From an uncultured virus (IMG/VR IMGVR_UViG_3300033074_002116) (Duplodnaviria > Heunggongvirae > Uroviricota > Caudoviricetes), in the IMG/VR virus record IMGVR_UViG_3300033074_002116: a DNA stretch of 20,000 nt; one strand, 5' to 3'. The position numbers and the translations under genes were made by a program. Shown piece by piece: positions 16,462 through 20,000 of this stretch. Within the stretch, counting starts at the first letter, position 1, and each line of letters starts with the position of its first letter. The notes below the pieces were generated by a model. The model saw only the letters and a list, made by a program, of their open reading frames with translations, was not told the DNA's origin and ran no database searches.

Positions 16462-16818
16462 TTAGTTCACCTCCATAAAATAATTGAAATAGTCAACATA
16501 CGACCGGTTATAAAACCGGCTTTTTAATACCATATTAATTAGCTTTTCTATGGGGAAATTCTGCATAATTTCAAGCACATGCTGAATTGCCTTATCCCCC
16601 TCATAATCATATACGTGCAAATGGAACCGGGATCCCGGGGCATCGTTCCCGCCATAAACAAACGAGACGTACACGGCAAAGGCGTATTTGTTCCCGGGGA
16701 AATGCTCGACCTGGAAATAGCCCGGAAAGTCCGGCACGTGCCGGACCATAGTATCATTGTTATCGCTCCATCCCGGGTACTGATTGATATATCTGGTATA
16801 GTGGCCGGTCGTGCTCAT
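16462..16818 (-). CDS. Aromatic-rich hypothetical protein
   Basis: 118 aa from ATG 16818, ATGA overlap. Confidence 0.7.
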   Translation of the reverse strand: MSTTGHYTRYINQYPGWSDNNDTMVRHVPDFPGYFQVEHFPGNKYAFAVYVSFVYGGNDAPGSRFHLHVYDYEGDKAIQHVLEIMQNFPIEKLINMVLKSRFYNRSYVDYFNYFMEVN

Positions 16819-17087
16819 GCCAGTACACCATTCCACTTTTCCGGGTTTGCCTTATTCAGTACGGAAATTGCATGGTAGTTAAACGGGCACATTTCAACTA
16901 ATGGCACACGGAACATCCCGTACTCATAAAAATGGGCCTTCCGGTCAATCTCGCAGCACGCATTAACTACTTCTGTGCGATTCTCACCATATGCGTATTT
17001 TTTGCATAAGTCCTCAGATGTAAACGGACCGAGCACCGGAATGGTTCTTCCGGCGTCCCGAACCGATACGTAATAGTGATCGGTCAT
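16815..17087 (-). CDS. Hypothetical phage protein
   Basis: YYVSVRDAGRT..LGPF motif; GAGGTGA RBS. Confidence 0.7.
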   Translation of the reverse strand: MTDHYYVSVRDAGRTIPVLGPFTSEDLCKKYAYGENRTEVVNACCEIDRKAHFYEYGMFRVPLVEMCPFNYHAISVLNKANPEKWNGVLA

Positions 17088-17278
17088 TCTGTCACCTCAC
17101 TTATCCTTTTTCCTTTGACTTCGACCACTCGGGATCCCGGGTATTTTTCTGCTGTATATCGTGCACTCTGTACCGTTTGATATTCGTTGGCCATTCCGAG
17201 CGGCCCCCACGATACAAAGCATCCGGGCAAATGCCGGTAAAATACTCCGGCGGCATTGATGACGTAAAATTGGCTCAT
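17084..17278 (-). CDS. Hypothetical microprotein
   Basis: 64 aa, GAGGTGA RBS, ends EVTE. Confidence 0.7.
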   Translation of the reverse strand: MSQFYVINAAGVFYRHLPGCFVSWGPLGMANEYQTVQSARYTAEKYPGSRVVEVKGKRISEVTE

Positions 17279-17418
17279 TCTGTCACCTCGTAATCTTCAT
17301 GGCATAACGGGCAGTGCCGGTACTCGATTTTTCGGTTTTCTGCTGGTGGGAATGAACCCATATAACAACCGCATGCCGGGCAGTTGTGCTCTAAGGGCGA
17401 AACGTATTTTACGGTCAT
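17275..17418 (-). CDS. Zinc-ribbon microprotein (47 aa), not in ORF track
   Basis: MTVKYVSPLEHNCPACGCYMGSFPPAENRKIEYRHCPLCHEDYEVTE. Confidence 0.7.
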   Translation of the reverse strand: MTVKYVSPLEHNCPACGCYMGSFPPAENRKIEYRHCPLCHEDYEVTE

Positions 17419-17627
17419 TCTGTCACCTCATACTTACCAACCTTAACCCGTGCATTTACAACCGGAAACGATGAAGTTTTTTCCATTTGTGCAAATTCTC
17501 TCCGTGTATTCTCAATATTCTTTTGAAGTGTCAATTTTTCATGCGTGATATATATTGGGCAGTTTTGATCGAAACCGTGCCCATTATTACAACCATCAAT
17601 TGTACATGATCCACACGGGTGATCCAT
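17415..17627 (-). CDS. Cys-containing microprotein
   Basis: 70 aa, CGSC..C..C, GAGGTGA RBS, ends VGKYEVTE. Confidence 0.65.
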   Translation of the reverse strand: MDHPCGSCTIDGCNNGHGFDQNCPIYITHEKLTLQKNIENTRREFAQMEKTSSFPVVNARVKVGKYEVTE

Positions 17628-17629
17628 AT

Positions 17630-17809
17630 TTAGATCACCTCATACTTACCAACAACATTACCGTTGGTGTCCCGGATCTGTTTTGCCGGCTTGTAGTGTA
17701 TGCCATCATAATGAATTAGATCGGCAATCTCGTGCAATGTGCGTGCTATATCATCATCGCTTCGCATTGCCTCATTCCCGAGATCAATTTCAAGGATAAA
17801 TTTTGGCAT
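17630..17809 (-). CDS. Small phage protein (59 aa), not in ORF track
   Basis: MPKFILEIDLGNEAM...IARTLHEIADLI...IRDTNGNVVGKYEVI; the IRDxNGNxVG motif is recalled from phage early proteins. Confidence 0.75.
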   Translation of the reverse strand: MPKFILEIDLGNEAMRSDDDIARTLHEIADLIHYDGIHYKPAKQIRDTNGNVVGKYEVI

Positions 17810-17811
17810 GG

Positions 17812-18111
17812 TTACTCATCGTCCTCTTCTTGAGCCTCTTTCGCGTACATCTCAGCAAGCTCGTACCAATCTACCTCTGACAGTGCCGCATTGATCAGAT
17901 CGGCAACAATAGAGGCAGCATCGCAGGCCGTGTATACTTCATCCCATGACTCTACCCACTCTTTCAGAGCATCGGACAGGTGCGCTAATGACGGCTCCCT
18001 ACGAGCAATCCGGCGCGCTTCGCATTGTCTGTATTCATCGTTGTCGATCCAAAGCGCCACAAGCCACGTCTCGTAGTTGTTGTAGCCGTTGTATTTCTCG
18101 TTGTTTGCCAT
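17812..18111 (-). CDS. Conserved acidic phage early protein
   Basis: YNGYNNYETWLVALWIDNDE...VDWYELA, a motif recalled from widespread phage hypothetical proteins. Confidence 0.8.
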   Translation of the reverse strand: MANNEKYNGYNNYETWLVALWIDNDEYRQCEARRIARREPSLAHLSDALKEWVESWDEVYTACDAASIVADLINAALSEVDWYELAEMYAKEAQEEDDE

Positions 18112-18127
18112 AATCTCTCATCTCTCT

Positions 18128-18194
18128 TTACCGGCACTTCCGGCCGGCAATCCCCGCCCGGGAACTGGACCCGGCGAATCGACAAAAACGGGGA
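18128..18194 (-). ncRNA. Intergenic structured RNA element, copy 2 (tRNA top-half-like plus hairpin)
   Basis: TCCCCGT/GCGGGGA stem, CCGGG-TCCAGTT-CCCGG arm, TTGCCGGC-CGGAAGT-GCCGGTAA hairpin. Confidence 0.55.
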
Positions 18195-18196
18195 GA

Positions 18197-18418
18197 TTAC
18201 CGAACTTGTTTGCCGTTGTCCCGTCCGTCCGCATCCTCAAAAAGTCCTCTTGCAATCTCACGCAGGTGTTTTTTGTCCCACGCAATAAAGATCCGGCTCC
18301 TATCATGCGCCGTGTTGCGTGACCGGGCCGTGTACATCGTACCGCTTGCGCCATCGGTGATCTTGAGGTCATCCACTCCTAGGTAATCTGCAATCTGTTT
18401 CAGGGTGATTTTTTCCAT
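18197..18418 (-). CDS. Hypothetical protein (73 aa)
   Basis: MEKITLKQIADYLGVDDL...; start at ATG 18418. Confidence 0.65.
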   Translation of the reverse strand: MEKITLKQIADYLGVDDLKITDGASGTMYTARSRNTAHDRSRIFIAWDKKHLREIARGLFEDADGRDNGKQVR

Positions 18419-18434
18419 CTCTCTTACACTCCTA

Positions 18435-18488
18435 GCCCATTCCGGGCAATCCCCTATCCCGGTACTGAGCCGGGGAGGCACATAGGGG
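18435..18488 (-). ncRNA. Intergenic structured RNA element, copy 1
   Basis: CCCCTAT/ATAGGGG stem, CCCGG-CTCAGTA-CCGGG arm, GCCC-GGAAT-GGGC hairpin. Confidence 0.55.
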
Positions 18489-18489
18489 G

Positions 18490-18708
18490 TTAACGGAGTA
18501 TGTCCCCGTTACCGTCAATCATATGCAGGAGTAACCCGTCTTTTACCCGATATTCCCACATATTATAATTCTCTTCATCTACTGGCCGGATGGTTATCAT
18601 TTTGTCCCCGTTGTCCATCGTCCAATTACCATCCTGTTTTACAGGGATACCGTTTATTGTGGTTGGCGGTTTTACCATTTGTCTCATCTCTTTTTGTGTC
18701 TCTTGCAC
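18490..18708 (-). CDS. First gene of the leftward operon, hypothetical (start may be ATG 18687 or 18678)
   Basis: Open frame directly downstream of the TATA box. Confidence 0.6.
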   Translation of the reverse strand: MQETQKEMRQMVKPPTTINGIPVKQDGNWTMDNGDKMITIRPVDEENYNMWEYRVKDGLLLHMIDGNGDILR

Positions 18709-18745
18709 ATACTAGTATATGCAAGGCTGTTATATATACATTGCG
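18702..18745 (-). promoter_or_regulatory. Leftward BRE/TATA promoter with 24-bp palindromic operator
   Basis: Minus strand CGCAATGTATATATAA (TATA at 18730-18738), followed by the palindrome CTTGCACATACTAGTATATGCAAG (18702-18725). Confidence 0.7.
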
Positions 18746-19360
18746 TTTTGTTCCGCGTGGGAAAGAAAATGAGGAAGAATACAATAAGAAAGTACCAAGC
18801 AGATTCCTGAAATGCCCTGTTTTTGCACGTATGAGTGTAACAAAAAATTGTGTGTGAGATAGTTTTATTTACTGATATATTACTATAAGGGGCTGGCCCG
18901 ATTTTTCGCAAGATTGATTGATGGGATTTTTAAAAACGCGACTGAAAAAATTCCATAAAACATTTCCGGGAATTTTTCGCGCTTTTCAAATTTTTCTCTC
19001 GTGCGTGGATGTACGTGTTTTTTCCGGTTGCTTACCGGTATGTATTATATTACTGTATGACTTGCCGGGCGGTTTTTGGGTTTTTGCTAAGTCCGGCCCA
19101 CCAGACCCGACACAGTACATTGATGCGCCGAAATGCGCACATTGTGTACATACTGTATGCCAAGATCGCAGTACATGTACACGCTGCGTACACCCCCACC
19201 CGCATGCGGGTCGGGTGCGCAGATGTGCCGGATTTGTGTTTTCCGGTTTTTGAAAAATTTTGAAATTTTGAAAAACCGGAAAATTTCCAAAAATCTGCAA
19301 ATTTTCAAAAATTGCAAAAATGGGAAAATTTGGCTTTTTCTGCGAAAACTGAAGATCTGC
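18746..19360. other. Non-coding divergent region with palindromes and periodic A/T tracts
   Basis: No credible ORF. 13-bp inverted repeat 19239-19251/19271-19283, 14-bp palindrome 19198-19211, A-tracts about every 9 bp from 19253 to 19328. Confidence 0.7.
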
Positions 19361-19373
19361 AAAAAATATATAT
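19358..19373 (+). promoter_or_regulatory. Rightward BRE/TATA promoter
   Basis: GCAAAAAATATATAT about 25 nt upstream of ATG 19397 (leaderless spacing). Confidence 0.6.
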
Positions 19374-19396
19374 GGTTCTCCTCCGATATTCTGGTT

Positions 19397-19537
19397 ATGG
19401 CACGGTCAGCAACTCCGACAAAGGTCAGCCCGTATAAGCGGGACGTTCCGAAGCGCTATGAAGATCACCATGGCATGGTCCGCGGCTGGGTCCGCCAGGG
19501 ATCCCCAAACGCAGAACGGCCAGCGCGGAAACGGTGA
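19397..19537 (+). CDS. Small basic protein (46 aa)
   Basis: MARSATPTKVSPYKRDVPKRYEDHHGMVRGWVRQGSPNAERPARKR, immediately after the TATA box. Confidence 0.55.
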   Translation: MARSATPTKVSPYKRDVPKRYEDHHGMVRGWVRQGSPNAERPARKR

Positions 19538-19836
19538 TCGAAGAAAACCAAAACCTCTATCTTTATCTGTTTTTGCAGATTACATTTCGGGGCATGACGA
19601 AACAGATACTTTACCGGGACAATCGGGGCCGGTTTATTTCTCCGAAGACTCTTTGTTCCCGGGATTGCTCGATCTTCTATACCTGTAAACAGAACAAGCT
19701 CGCAAAGCTGGGTAAAGTATGCACATCGCGGGCGCGGCTGCCCAAGATCTGCAAAAAAGAAGACCCCGTTTCTTTTAAACGCTACGATCTGCAAGAACGA
19801 GAGTTGAGGCGATGCGCCTGCGAAGGTGGGGGTTGA
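19534..19836 (+). CDS. Basic Cys-rich hypothetical protein
   Basis: GTGA overlap with the upstream stop; RDNRGRF motif and several Cys. Confidence 0.4.
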   Translation: MIEENQNLYLYLFLQITFRGMTKQILYRDNRGRFISPKTLCSRDCSIFYTCKQNKLAKLGKVCTSRARLPKICKKEDPVSFKRYDLQERELRRCACEGGG

Positions 19837-20000
19837 GGGTTTGCAGAAACGATATCGGCGCCGCTCTTGGTATTGCAGGGAGCGTTGTCGCATTAATCGG
19901 CTCGCTCGCGGTGAACCTGCTGCACGATCAGCTTTTGGCGCGGGAGATCTGGCTGTTGTCGAATCCCCTGTTGCGGGTTTGGGCGATTGGTGCGCAGGAA

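Larger units (their letters stand above)
17081..17653. repeat. Dispersed identical gene-junction repeats
   Basis: TCATTCTGTCACCTC at 17084, 17275 and 17415; TCACCTCATACTTACCAAC at 17423 and 17635. Confidence 0.9.

Noticed and set aside
17081..17653. CRISPR or mini-array, or integron attC sites, from the dispersed repeats
   Set aside because: Spacing is 140-220 bp and each interval is a full ORF. The repeats are non-palindromic RBS/stop-start junctions, and no integrase is seen.
18128..18488. Bona fide tRNA genes or hammerhead ribozymes
   Set aside because: No D or anticodon arms and non-canonical T loops. No complete CUGANGA/GAAA hammerhead core was found on the transcribed strand.
18684..19396. 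Tracked ORFs across the A/T-tract region
   Set aside because: Low-complexity F/K/I-rich translations with no RBS, overlapping both promoters. Only the part from ATG 19397 is retained.
1..20000. Diversity-generating retroelement, retron or known defence system
   Set aside because: No reverse transcriptase, no template/variable repeat pair differing at adenines, and no recognisable defence effector in the window.

Overview
This window looks like part of an archaeal dsDNA virus or provirus. The PCNA gene, BRE/TATA promoters and GAGGTGA ribosome-binding sites point to an archaeal host; a methanogen (Methanomicrobiales-like) is a weak inference from composition. About 52 tightly packed, often ATGA-coupled, mostly small ORFs run on the minus strand from ~18.7 kb down to ~0.83 kb. 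They resemble an early/host-takeover plus DNA-metabolism region: PCNA, a YhaM-like HD hydrolase, an MT-A70 methyltransferase, ASCH-like, SprT-like, ribbon-helix-helix and winged-helix proteins, and many Cys-rich microproteins. At the left they converge on a 5'-truncated BRO-N/KilAC antirepressor on the plus strand. A ~620-bp non-coding region at ~18.74-19.36 kb, rich in palindromes and periodic A-tracts, separates divergent promoters. The most notable non-coding signals are two covarying tRNA-top-half-like RNA elements between the first early genes, identical GAGGTGACAGAATGA gene junctions, a GC-rich multi-hairpin at ~12.8 kb, two operator-like repeats overlapping promoters, and two in-frame tandem repeats. 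No structural virion genes, integrase, polymerase, CRISPR array or true tRNA were seen. All family assignments come from motif recognition, not from database searches.
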